Of a stretch of 64,000 nucleotides of DNA, positions 53,774 through 64,000 are shown in pieces. This stretch comes from Wickerhamiella versatilis (taxonomy: Eukaryota), in the NCBI GenBank assembly GCA_030867685.1, contig JAQOWU010000003.1, positions 62,001 to 126,000 on the forward strand, given 5' to 3'. Numbering within the stretch: position 1 is the stretch's first letter; each line of letters begins with the position of its first letter. Below the pieces are notes generated by a model. It was not told where the DNA came from. It did not search any database and saw only the letters and a program-made list of their open reading frames with translations. The position numbers were made by a program, and so were the translations under genes.

Positions 53774-55534
53774 TTAGATAAAGCGAGCTGACTTGATATA
53801 GCGACGATACACGGGGCGCCACATCTGGCTTTTAACCCATTTAAGACGTTCTTCGTAGTCCTCAGGAATCTCTATGGGCTCATCATTGTACACACTGTCA
53901 CGTTCAGTTATCTGTGCAATGCCTTCACACTTTGCCTCATAGGCCACAGCACTAGCCACTCTGGCAGAGATTTCCTGGATATCTTTAACGTCGGGGAGTA
54001 AACTGCCTTCAGGATCATTTCTTACAGGGCTAAGGGCGGCAAGCTCATCGACAGCAGCTGCAAGCATTCTCTTTGAGATACTTGTTGCTCGGCTTACAAC
54101 GGCACCAAATCCTACGCCTGGGAAAATAAAGCAGTTATTGTTCTCTGAGATTTCTCTCCCGTTAACCGGTTCAAAAGGGGATCCAGTTGCCACAAGCACT
54201 CGGCCGTCGGTCCACTCAATAAGATTAGCCGGAGTTGCCTCATGGAGTCTAGTAGGATTTGACAGGGGTAGAATTACTGGGCGTTTAACATGAGATGCCA
54301 TTTCTTTGACAATCTCCTCAGTGAAAGCACCTGCCTGCGTGGAGCATCCCACTAGAACATCGGGTTTTAGTTCCTTCACGACTTCGTACAAACTCTTGGT
54401 GTTTAGGGCTGAGAGATCATCTCGATTCTTCGCATAGGGAACTTGTCCAGACCTCAGAGACATCCCTTTAAGAAGAAGGCCGTCACGATCCATAAGATAT
54501 ATCTTTTCAGTTGCCTTTTCTTCACTGATGCCCTCAGAAGTGACTAGATTATCTACCACCTGGTCTGCAATACCCATTCCCGCAGATCCAGCACCGTAAA
54601 TCAGTATGGTGGCGTCCTGGATCTTCCTGTTAACAGATCCGAGCCCCCCTTTCAAAGTAGCCATGGTGACGGCCCCTGTGCCCTGGATGTCGTCATCCCA
54701 AACAGCCAGTTTGTCCTTGTATCGATGAAGAATGTTGTATCCATTGGCAGTTCCAAAATCTTCAAGGTGAAGTACACTGTCCGGGAATTGGCTCTTCACT
54801 ACTTTCATGAATTTGTCAATAAATTCATCATATTCTTCTCCTCTAATGCGAGGATGTCGATTGCCCATGTATAGAGGATCATTGAGCAATTCCTGATTAT
54901 CGGTTCCCGTGTCCAGTACCACTGGAATGACGCGGTCAGGACTTACTCCACCGCATGCTGTCATTAGGGCGAGCTTAGCAACGGAAATACCAACTCCGCC
55001 GACACCTTGATCACCAATTCCGAGGATACCCTCTGAATCCGTCACCACAATGTAATCAATATCCTCTGACGCTCCCCAGTGGCTCAAATGGTGGGAGATC
55101 CGATCAGGATCATGAATGTTTAGGAAGCACCCTTCAGGTTCCCTGAAAAGATGAGAGTAATTCTCAATTGCCTCGCCTTGGGTAGGTGTGTAAATTATAC
55201 CCATCATTTCCTTCAGATATCTCTGAACCAAAGCGAAGTACAAGGTCTTATTCTGGCGCTTCATGGAATGCATGAACTGATTACGCTCGAGTGGGGCTTT
55301 AAGGCTCAAGAATTGCTGCCTTGCACGCTCCACCTGTGACTCCAAAGTATTTACCACTTCCGGCAATAGACTTTCAAGATCAAACATCCTACGCTCTTTA
55401 TGAGTGAAAGCAGAGCCCTTGTTCAAGGAAGAATTGCGCAAAAGTTCCTTGCTGAACAAGCTCACATGTATATTAGGTTCAAATGTTAGCCTTGTGGCTT
55501 GCTTGGCTGGTTGCGATACGAATTTGCTCATCAT
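53774..55534 (-). CDS. MAE1: Malic enzyme (NAD(P)-dependent malate dehydrogenase, decarboxylating)
   Basis: 'NKGSAF', 'IIYTPT', 'VTDSEGILGIGDQG', 'HLEDF', 'DDIQGTG', 'GAGSAG', 'PLSNPT', 'NNNCFIFPG'. Confidence 0.96.
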   Translation of the reverse strand: MMSKFVSQPAKQATRLTFEPNIHVSLFSKELLRNSSLNKGSAFTHKERRMFDLESLLPEVVNTLESQVERARQQFLSLKAPLERNQFMHSMKRQNKTLYFALVQRYLKEMMGIIYTPTQGEAIENYSHLFREPEGCFLNIHDPDRISHHLSHWGASEDIDYIVVTDSEGILGIGDQGVGGVGISVAKLALMTACGGVSPDRVIPVVLDTGTDNQELLNDPLYMGNRHPRIRGEEYDEFIDKFMKVVKSQFPDSVLHLEDFGTANGYNILHRYKDKLAVWDDDIQGTGAVTMATLKGGLGSVNRKIQDATILIYGAGSAGMGIADQVVDNLVTSEGISEEKATEKIYLMDRDGLLLKGMSLRSGQVPYAKNRDDLSALNTKSLYEVVKELKPDVLVGCSTQAGAFTEEIVKEMASHVKRPVILPLSNPTRLHEATPANLIEWTDGRVLVATGSPFEPVNGREISENNNCFIFPGVGFGAVVSRATSISKRMLAAAVDELAALSPVRNDPEGSLLPDVKDIQEISARVASAVAYEAKCEGIAQITERDSVYNDEPIEIPEDYEERLKWVKSQMWRPVYRRYIKSARFI

Positions 55535-56480
55535 GAGAAAGGAAACACTTAGTACGGGAGGAACATATTATGCTTAAGCGCTGCTGGGTATCTACCCAAC
55601 CCTGTGTGCGTGCATAAATCGAATGCTGCTGAAGATTGCGCCGTTTACCGAGGAGTTGCATGTCACACATTATATGGGAAGATAGATAGTATTCATGTTG
55701 CACAAAAGAATAGTTTCATGGCTATTCGTTCACAAATCTCTTCCAAAACGTACACTCGTAACCCCACACGTGTACCCCCAGTCTCTCAGATTACTAATAT
55801 ATGCAAGCTTGAACGACCACACGAATATGATAAATGATCAACGGGATCATAAGATTTTTTTCTTGAGATCCTAGCGTATAAATAAATACTTTGGGGTGTT
55901 TACATTCTTCTTCGTTCTTAACAAAAAGTGTCCACTTGGTGCATTAGCGTGAGAATACTTCTACGCTTATTCGTATATGTGGGTTAGGACACGGGTTGTT
56001 TGGTACCAACCCTAGCCACTCCGGCACGCTTCAATAGGACTTGCGACCTGAATATCACCCGTATTGTGCAGGATCTTTTCTTAAAGCACTTAGGATGGAA
56101 TTAAAGACCACTGATAAATTGTATGAAATAAAAAAAAGTTCTGTTTGCACCTTCTTTTCTTGGAATCTCTGGTCGAAACGTCAGTAACCCCGGAGACTAT
56201 CCGGATTTATCAGGCGCGGGAAATACGTCAAATGGGATCAATAGGGGCCCCGAGCTATCATAATGGTCTTAATTTTCTCATTTTAAAAGAGCTCTATTTG
56301 ATTGTGGTAGTAATTTCACGACCTGACACTGGTTTTATACTTGAAACAACCCGATTTGGAACGGATAAAAAAACGCTTAATAACATTTATCTGTCAGCAA
56401 ACAGATTGCCTGCAGCCTTTAAAGGTGTGATTCATATATCGTCTTAGCTAACCGAGCTATACTTTTGAATCTCTAACCAG

Positions 56481-57635
56481 ATGTTGCCGTTCAAGGTGAG
56501 AATCAAGCACTTCACCTGGTCGCATTTCATCTCCACCATCGCAGGTGGCGGTGTGGGTACTTTGCTGGGCGCCTTGCCGTACACTGGCTTCTGGGTCAAG
56601 GTTATTGGTATGATAGTGTTTTTATTCAACTTTGGGGAGCTTTGCCTATTCACTTCATTAATGTGTGCCCGATTCTATTTATTCCCAAGACATTTCATTA
56701 GGTCGCTACTGCATCCTGTCGAGGCTACCTTTATTCCCGCCTTTTTTCTGAGCTGGGCCAATATGATAATGTGTACTGCTTCGTATGCCACTCCGCATGT
56801 AGGACCATGGCTGCTAGTGCTACTTAGGGTTCTTTTTTGGGTCTACTTTGGCGTAACAATAATCCAGGCATTCCTGCAATTCGTGTGGTTGTACTGCTAC
56901 GATGAGAGATCCATTAAGGATGTGACACCTGTATGGCTTCTTCTAATCTTTCCCGTAATGCTGTGCGGATCGATTTCTAATACAATCGCGCCACACCAGC
57001 CTCAGCAGTCGGCAATACAACTAGTCTTCGCTGGTATCACCTGTCAGGCGGTGGGATTCCACGTTTCACTGTTTATGTACGGACTTATAGTGAATAAGTT
57101 CAGTATGTATGGCCCACCTGAACCTTCTGGGCGCCCAGGAATGTTCATCACTGTGGGTCCATTGGCGTTCACAGGTCTGGCATTTGTAGGCCTAGGGCGG
57201 ACAGCTGAGGAAAAGTTTCCTGAATACTTTATCACGTATGGTGTCAATGCTAAAGCAGTTTTCAGACTCATTGGTCTCTGGTTTGGAATTGTATTCTGGG
57301 CGACTTGCTTTTGGTTCTTCGGTGTGGCGCTTATCTCCGTAATTATTGGGGGCGTACGGCACGGCATGAAATTCAAGATTGGATGGTTTGGCACAGTATT
57401 CCCAAATGCTGGATTTGCAATTCTCACCATGCAAATCGGGGAGAGTCTATCGAGCCCTGCTATCAAGTGGGTAGGCACAATTATGGCACCCTGTATTGCT
57501 GCTGCTTACGCATTCGTGCTTCCGTTTTACATTAAGGCGATTATTCAAGAAAAAGTTATGGCCCCCGGTGTAGATGCTGATGCGACGCATTTCAAGTTCG
57601 ATGATGAGCAAGTTAAAAAAGATATTGAAGTTTAA
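56481..57635 (+). CDS. SLAC1/TDT-family C4-dicarboxylate (malate) transporter
   Basis: 'RIKHFTW..F..T..GGG', 'SLLHPVEATF.P', 'P.WLL.IFPVMLCG', 'RPGMFITVGP', 'VFPNAGF'; about 10 TM segments. Confidence 0.85.
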   Translation: MLPFKVRIKHFTWSHFISTIAGGGVGTLLGALPYTGFWVKVIGMIVFLFNFGELCLFTSLMCARFYLFPRHFIRSLLHPVEATFIPAFFLSWANMIMCTASYATPHVGPWLLVLLRVLFWVYFGVTIIQAFLQFVWLYCYDERSIKDVTPVWLLLIFPVMLCGSISNTIAPHQPQQSAIQLVFAGITCQAVGFHVSLFMYGLIVNKFSMYGPPEPSGRPGMFITVGPLAFTGLAFVGLGRTAEEKFPEYFITYGVNAKAVFRLIGLWFGIVFWATCFWFFGVALISVIIGGVRHGMKFKIGWFGTVFPNAGFAILTMQIGESLSSPAIKWVGTIMAPCIAAAYAFVLPFYIKAIIQEKVMAPGVDADATHFKFDDEQVKKDIEV

Positions 57636-58138
57636 GTTTTGGGTGACCTACCCATGTCTGCCATCTGGGAACATGACCATGTCATTGCCGGTTAGTCTTA
57701 TGATTATGGCTTCTTAGATCCCATGCTCTTTCTCTCACAAGACTGCCTCGGAGAGTGGCTACTATGGATCTTTTTTTTCTTTTGTAATGCTTTTTTAGTC
57801 TGGGAACTTTGATTAGCATTGTACTTACATTAATTATCGTCGCTTTGCTATAGTTAACGCTAGAAATAATTGTAACTATACATGGGATATTTCTGGTACC
57901 AGCATAGGCATTTGTACAGACCGTCATTCGTGCCCTATGCAGCCCAAACATAGCAGTATTCTTCGGGTCTTCTCTTTGGACGGGTGCGCTATTATTACGA
58001 GAGTATAGCGATTTTGCAAGACTATCAACTTTGTGAGCTTTTCTCTGCGGTTTATGTTTTCAAGTGAACCTTTGAGGATGACAGGATCATGTTTTGACTT
58101 ATAACGCAGGTTGATGACCAATACTAACCACCATATCA

Positions 58139-58156
58139 CTACCTGAGATTGGTTGG
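58139..58156 (-). repeat. Dispersed 18-bp intergenic motif, copy CCAACCAATCTCAGGTAG
   Basis: The + strand reads CTACCTGAGATTGGTTGG; one mismatch to the copy at 33164. Confidence 0.7.
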
Positions 58157-58274
58157 TGTATACACATCTTACTATACAAAATGTATAACATATGGTTTAT
58201 CTTAATTCACACAATTGAACCAACCTGAAAAAATACTTAAAAAGCTCAAAAAAAAGAATCACTACTTGATTCTT

Positions 58275-58977
58275 TTACGCTTTACGATCACGCAGAAGCT
58301 GCTCGTATCGGTGGAGATAAAACCCTTCAGCGGAGATAGCGGGATATGTGAAGGAACTGTCATGCTGACTAGCCAACAAAGTTAGCTCACCAAGCGCTAC
58401 CATAAAAATTAGGGTAATCAGGATGACAGTCATCCATTCGTGTCCAGTGAGCAGATTGCCATCAATGAACTCATACAATCCCCAAATCGCAAATGGTGCA
58501 AAACCTAGAAAGGCAGTGAAGTTCCCTGGGAAGTATACGGTTGTCTTTCCAACAACACTGTACCGACGAAGCGCAACCCAACCAAAATTCAGGTGGCCTA
58601 AAACCTCAAGAATTGCGAAGAGAATGAGAAATGCTACCAGCTGTTTGCTCGGCCACACAAATAACCAAACCCCCACACAATAAGCGACACAATGTCGACA
58701 AATGTGGCGGAAAGGCTGTTTCCCGGATAATTCTCCGGTGTCTTCGAGCCTAGAGTCATGTTTAGGCCCCACACAAAGCCACCGGGGAATCGATACTCCT
58801 CAAGCTAGTGAAAACATAGAATGATGAATAGGCTGTATCCAACCAGTATCCAAGTTTCGATAAAGTTTCGTCGAATCAGCGAGAGAGATATTGCCGCCAC
58901 CCCTGAAATGACGTTGATAGGAAAGTGCGTCTGTACGAAGGCTTGCCCAAGTCTAATGCATGTTGGCTATCTTGCAT
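58275..58977 (-). pseudogene. Disrupted HXXEE-domain membrane protein gene
   Basis: An upstream frame reads ...IILCFH*LEEYRFPGGFVWGLN...PENYPGN, with TAG at 58807-58805 inside HxxEE. A frameshift near the C5 run at 58670-58674 joins the C-terminal ORF (LEVLGH...YFPG). The 5' end is uncertain. Confidence 0.75.
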
Positions 58978-60226
58978 TGTGATTCACTTTGTGGTTTGCT
59001 CATCCAAAATTCTTTTTGTCTTATGTCCTCGGCTATCCGACGTTGATCAAGTGGAAGAAGTAGTAATCAGTCGCGGAGTCAAATCTACTATGATTAGTGA
59101 CAGAGGAGCAAAGGTTATTAAGTTATTATGTTAATTATATCACATATATTAATATTCTGGCCACTGTAGCACCAAGCATGAGACTATTGCGCTTTACCCT
59201 ACGAAGCTCAGAACATAAAGACCACTTGTTGACTAATGATAGCCACCTACTAAAGTAATGCCTAACTCTGCTATCCAAATGACGCCAATAACCATACTGA
59301 TCTTCAGCTAGTTCAAGTGCATTTAGAACGTATTGAAGCCATTTTATTTCACAACGAGGCCGGTATTAACCCATCTTGTGTGATATGGGCCACTCTTGTG
59401 GATATTATGACTAAACATTGGCGTGTGAAGGAAGCAAAGACGACAACAGAATTGTCACATGAGGGCAGGGGAAAAGATCCCTCAGGAACAGACTCAAATC
59501 AATTGAACTATTCTTGCTCGATTATGTAGCCAGTAAGCCTTTTATGATTCTTACTAGTAGGCTAGCGTGTCATAATTTATCTATAATGAAATGTAAATAT
59601 GAAACAGAAAAAATTATGATGAATACCTAGAGTACTTTATATGAATATAATAGCTCAAAATCGTATAATCCTTATCATGATAGATCCTTCTGGGTAGACA
59701 AATATCAGGTACTAATGCTCTTGTCTTACATTTTCTGAACCAATTCGTTCTCTGATCACATGATGACTAATTCACCGTCTGAGTAGCATGGGTGTCTTCT
59801 GTAATACTTGCAGTTATGCCGCTTGTAGATTAAGCACTGTCTCGGACTTAAGAGCAAAATAGCTGTATGATAACTTCTTAAAGAATCATAAAGCTTTTTA
59901 TGATATCGAGGTATAGCAAAGCATAGTCCAAATTATAATACCTAATTTATCATCGCACTGTTATGTTCAAATTATGAAGGATTTTTTATGTTTTTTTTGG
60001 CTATATATTATCACAATACTAATTAAGAAACATTTTTTTCCGAACTACAGAGTTGGATTGTGCACGAATGATCTTGAAAATAGACACACGACATCTTCTT
60101 GAGAATATCACGAGAAGGTTGCGTAACAGTGATGTGATGGTTTTCAGTGAGGAGAGGAGAGGTCTAGACTTGAGCAAAAATTGTGCGATACCGAACAAAC
60201 ATAAATCTAATCTTTTAGCACTACCA

Positions 60227-60871
60227 TCAAGATAATTTAAGCGATTTTCTGGCTAAGGCACCTACCTGCTTTTCAACCAGTTTTCCCATTAGATCTACTT
60301 CAATATTCAGCAAATCCCCTTCTCTATTTTGTGAGAGTGTCACATTCTGTTGCGTATGGGCGATAAGCATCACGCTAAAAGTACCTTTTGCATCATCAAC
60401 CGTTGTAACTGTCAGTGATGTACCATCGATAGCAACAAAGCCCTTCTCAACGATATACTGCAATACTTTTGAATCTCTGGGTTTTAGATATAGACGCAGT
60501 GTATTTCCATCTTCCAATAGACTGACGAGTTCAGCTACTGTATCAATATGTCCTTGCACAAAGTGACCTCCAAACCTAGTATGGCCAGCCACAGCCCGTT
60601 CTAAGTTAACGTTATCACCACGTTCGAGTTTACGAATATTTGTACGCTGTAGTGTTTCAGGAGCAATACCAACTTTGAACTTATTATCATCAAATTCTGT
60701 TACCGTCAAACAAACGCCATTTACTGCTATACTGTCTCCAATATGGCAATCTTCTAAAATGTTTGAGACATTACCGATTACTAGAGAGAATCCGTGGCCT
60801 CCTGTAGCACTGTCATCGCAAGTCTGAATCTTCTGGACAGCACCTACTTCCTCAACTATCCCAGTAAACAT
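60227..60871 (-). CDS. RIB5: Riboflavin synthase
   Basis: MFTGIVE N-terminus, fungal-type insert 'DDSATGGHG', 'GDSIAVNGVCLTV', 'GGHFVQGHID', 'KGFVAIDGTSLTV', 'NIEVD'. Confidence 0.97.
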   Translation of the reverse strand: MFTGIVEEVGAVQKIQTCDDSATGGHGFSLVIGNVSNILEDCHIGDSIAVNGVCLTVTEFDDNKFKVGIAPETLQRTNIRKLERGDNVNLERAVAGHTRFGGHFVQGHIDTVAELVSLLEDGNTLRLYLKPRDSKVLQYIVEKGFVAIDGTSLTVTTVDDAKGTFSVMLIAHTQQNVTLSQNREGDLLNIEVDLMGKLVEKQVGALARKSLKLS

Positions 60872-61650
60872 GGCTACACGTACTATTAATTAGTCACAAG
60901 CCATCGAAGTATTGATCGTCAATCCGAACCCTACGCCATCAAGACTAACAAAATATAGGATATATGCCATTCGTGACTTACTCCATTTCACAATATGAAA
61001 GTATAGCATACTTAAGTTAACACAAAAAAGTATTAAGCAAATGATGGGGCCTTGAAAAATTTCTTATACACCGGACAAGGGCTCAAACTAAGATTTTGAG
61101 GGGTACATGTTGGCAAAAAATCTTATTAAAACGTCAATCTCCAAGTTTAACCGCTACCTTAGTGCTTCGATTTTGAGAGGTCGACTTAGACCATAGGTTG
61201 GAACGTGAGTCTGCATCGGGGAAAGGGTACTAGAGATCGGCCTGCATATACTGCGCTGCAGCCACGCGACTCGAAATAGATCCCGCCATTCAGGTCAGGG
61301 TGAGTGCATAGCCCTCCGATCGGTTATGCAACATCTATTTTGCACAACTTGTTTACCTTTTATTTAATGGCCACGAGGTGTTTTTGGTCTGGCAAATGCT
61401 ATTAGTTGGTAAATAATGTATCAAACCCTGTCAAAGTTGTGCTTGGTTTTGGATTAAGTTAAGCTTTCAGATTTCTTTCAGCGTCCTTTCAGCGTGCATT
61501 GTGAACAATACTGAGCTTCGTTCATATAAGATAAACTATCTTAGAGACTAAGAGAGTGTCGTCGAATGGCGATGAAAGTTTGATGATCAGTTAGTCACAC
61601 ATATCACACTATAAAAGCGGTTAGCTAAGTTAGTCTTTCGTCAACATAAT

Positions 61651-62148
61651 ATGGTGATTAAAGGTATCGGTGAAGTCGATCAACAATACAGTGGTTCAGA
61701 TCTCAAAGTGGGAATAGTTCATGCTCGTTGGAACACCCGTGTGGTGAAAGCACTGGTTGACGGCACCGTAGAAAAACTTGAGTCCCTTGGTGTTCGTAAC
61801 ATAGTTTCAACTTCGGTCCCTGGAAGCTTTGAATTACCCATGGGCGTCCGTATAATGAATGCATCCGAAAAGCCTGACGTGATAATTTCCATCGGAACTC
61901 TCATTAAAGGGGCCACGATGCATTTTGAGTACATTTCCGAAGCCGTAACCAATGAGACGATGCGACAGCAGAGAGACCTGAAAATCCCCGTCATATTTGG
62001 TCTTTTGACTTGCTTGACTGAGGAACAGGCTTTAGTGCGAGCAGGACTGGTACCAAATGGGCACAATCACGGAGAAGATTGGGGAGCAGCTGCTGTCGAA
62101 ATGGCTATTAAGGCCAAGGAGGCAGGTAGAAAGGGTGATATTTTCTAA
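61651..62148 (+). CDS. RIB4: 6,7-dimethyl-8-ribityllumazine synthase
   Basis: Fungal-type 'KG.G..DQ.Y.GS', 'HARWN', 'VPGSFELP', 'LIKG.TMHFEYI', 'PVIFGLLTC', 'HNHGEDWG.AAVEM'. Confidence 0.97.
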   Translation: MVIKGIGEVDQQYSGSDLKVGIVHARWNTRVVKALVDGTVEKLESLGVRNIVSTSVPGSFELPMGVRIMNASEKPDVIISIGTLIKGATMHFEYISEAVTNETMRQQRDLKIPVIFGLLTCLTEEQALVRAGLVPNGHNHGEDWGAAAVEMAIKAKEAGRKGDIF

Positions 62149-63694
62149 GCGGACTATATAGCTTCTTAAGCGTAGACTATGTACTCATTCAGTGTGATTT
62201 TCAACAAAGGGATTTAAGAATTTATCTGCTTGAAAGGACTTGCAACGTGCACCAGCTCAACACTGGCATAGGCCGATTTCGGCACAGATTTCAGGTTAGG
62301 TCTCACAAATGAACCGCTTCCCCTCATTACATATACAAACATATGCTCCCGTTCATGTAATCTAAGAACCTCGAGGCTGAATTATTCGAGTTACGATCCC
62401 AGTATACTAAGAGAAGAAATATGTTTTTATTCTATACGGCTGTAACTCTTGAATAAGTAATTGCATATTATACTTATTAATACAATCTCGATAATCAATA
62501 GGCCAAAAAAGGTCTACCTAGCCATCAGACTGAAAAATAAATACATACCTAGAATTTCTACAGATATTAACTTATTGTGTCACCGAACGTTAGGCGCAAC
62601 GTCGCCTTTTCAACTGGGGCCCTCTTCTGCTGCGGAGCGAACAGTCCCCTCCCTTCAAGATGTGCTGCCAGCTTCTTAAAGAATACGTTATTGACACATG
62701 TCATTCAAGGAGATTTAAAAGGATTATGAAAATGTATTTGCCTATTATATCTTGAATAACGCGCTTCTTTGATATCATAAATAGAACGGGATCTGGCTCG
62801 ATGCCCACCTTGTGTTAGTAATTATACCTGGCGATGTAAGCGTATTTGCCCTTGCACATTTACTCTTGAGTCTTCTCTATCGATCTGAACTTCCAATATT
62901 TTCGTCCATGGTGAGGTATCTTTTCTCCCCTCGAGACTTCATAGGGCTCAGCAAAGTGTGGGGCAAGAAAGTTCTAGAACTTACTCTTTTGAGAAAATCG
63001 GATATTTAATATTTTGGTAGTAAGCACGGAAGTACCGGCGATGGGCACCCCAAACCATCTTTGGGAGAAGGGTAAGGGTGTCGTGCTTGACAAGTGAGTG
63101 GGCTATGTATACGTGGGGAAAAGGAAAGGAGATCGGCATACGTGGTAATTTTGAAAACGGGTCCTGAGTTATTTCCGTAATTTTTTGTACCGGAACATCA
63201 GAAACAAGGAATTTTTCAGGTGAAAATCGATATGTAGGATCATGGCAGCTATTTCAGAGTGGCACTACTGGACCAAGACATATTCGATTTCAAAAAAGTC
63301 GTTTTGCCCGTTGTTTCCGGGAGGCCTACTCAGTTTGCCTTCAAACTACATCAAGTCACTGATCTTAGATCTTGCATCTGTGATCGATCTTCTAGTTAGT
63401 AACGCAATTTTTTTTCCTTACCGAATGCGACAGCAATGCGATTACTAACAAGTAACGCACATAACTGGTGGAGATTTCGGGTATTCAAAGGCTTGCCAAC
63501 GAAGACTAGGATCAGAAACACATTGAATATTTGGTAATAAATGTTTCATACTAGTCAATGCCACCCAGAAAAGAAGTTCAAAGACCTTGAAATGGCCATG
63601 TCTAGAAAAGTATATTTTGATTGTTGTTACCAATAGATTACACATCGAGGCTCTGCAAGCTATATATTACCGCAATCTACCCAATCAAAGACAT

Positions 63695-64000
63695 ATGCTG
63701 TTTTCCGTCCTTGTCGGCTGTTTAGCGACGGCGTCGGCCTTTGTACATCACCTGAACTGGAGCATAGATTGGACTATAGCCAATCCCGATGGTAAAAAAC
63801 CGCGTCCCGTTGTCGGCATCAATGGTCAGTGGCCCTTTCCTGTCCTACATGTCTCGAAAGGTGATAGGATAGAGGCGTACGTGTATAACAACTTGACTGA
63901 ACCTTATCGGAACTCTACTATTCATTTCCATGGTATTTCTCAGAACGGTACCAATGATATGGACGGTGCGCCTTTCGTGACACAAGCACCGATTGCTCCT
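63695..64000 (+). CDS. FET3: Multicopper ferroxidase Fet3-like (5' part; runs off the window, absent from the ORF track)
   Basis: My translation: MLFSVLVGCLATASAFVHHLNWSIDWTIANPDGKKPRPVVGINGQWPFPVLHVSKGDRIEAYVYNNLTEPYRNSTIHFHGISQNGTNDMDGAPFVTQAPIAP. Signal peptide, NPDG, NGQWP and the HFHG copper motif are present. A Fet5-type paralogue cannot be excluded. Confidence 0.85.
   Translation, partial: MLFSVLVGCLATASAFVHHLNWSIDWTIANPDGKKPRPVVGINGQWPFPVLHVSKGDRIEAYVYNNLTEPYRNSTIHFHGISQNGTNDMDGAPFVTQAPIAP

Noticed and set aside
63044-63050. GGCACCC as an Aft-type iron element upstream of FET3
   Set aside because: Single non-canonical copy about 650 bp upstream, and Aft-type control may not apply in this lineage.
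1-64000. CRISPR array, rRNA, transposase/retroelement, or bacterial contaminant contig
   Set aside because: No regularly spaced repeats, rRNA signatures or transposase/RT motifs were seen; the bacterial-type genes are embedded among fungal genes.

Overview
Eukaryotic, essentially intron-free genomic DNA of a budding yeast. Evidence: fungal-type RIB4/RIB5/FET3, Cet1-like triphosphatase, Tos1-family and HOL1/ATR1-type genes, and an intron-containing tRNA-Ser(AGA). The window is accessory-type: six MFS transporters, about seven secreted proteins and two decaying pseudogenes. Several genes belong to families that are typically bacterial: YtcJ-type amidohydrolase, MoaF, a classical SDR, an AGXT2L-type aminotransferase with an HYKK-type kinase, a SolA-type oxidase, a MarR-GNAT fusion, a bacterial-style GH5 and an HXXEE protein. 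This would fit the HGT-rich Wickerhamiella/Starmerella clade, but the taxon is my inference. The main candidate novel system is a ~13.6 kb mosaic cluster (3852-17446). A kinase + PLP phospho-lyase pair and a MoaF + SDR pair sit between two duplicated HOL1-like permeases, next to an amidohydrolase, and GATAAG elements lie near most start codons. I read this as a putative nitrogen-scavenging pathway for amino alcohols or monoamines. Also notable: a bacterial MarR-GNAT gene sharing a Yap1-site-rich divergent promoter with an efflux pump, a divergent malic enzyme/malate permease pair, a divergent RIB5/RIB4 pair beside FET3, and a recurrent 18-bp intergenic motif. All family calls come from motif recognition by eye; no searches were run.
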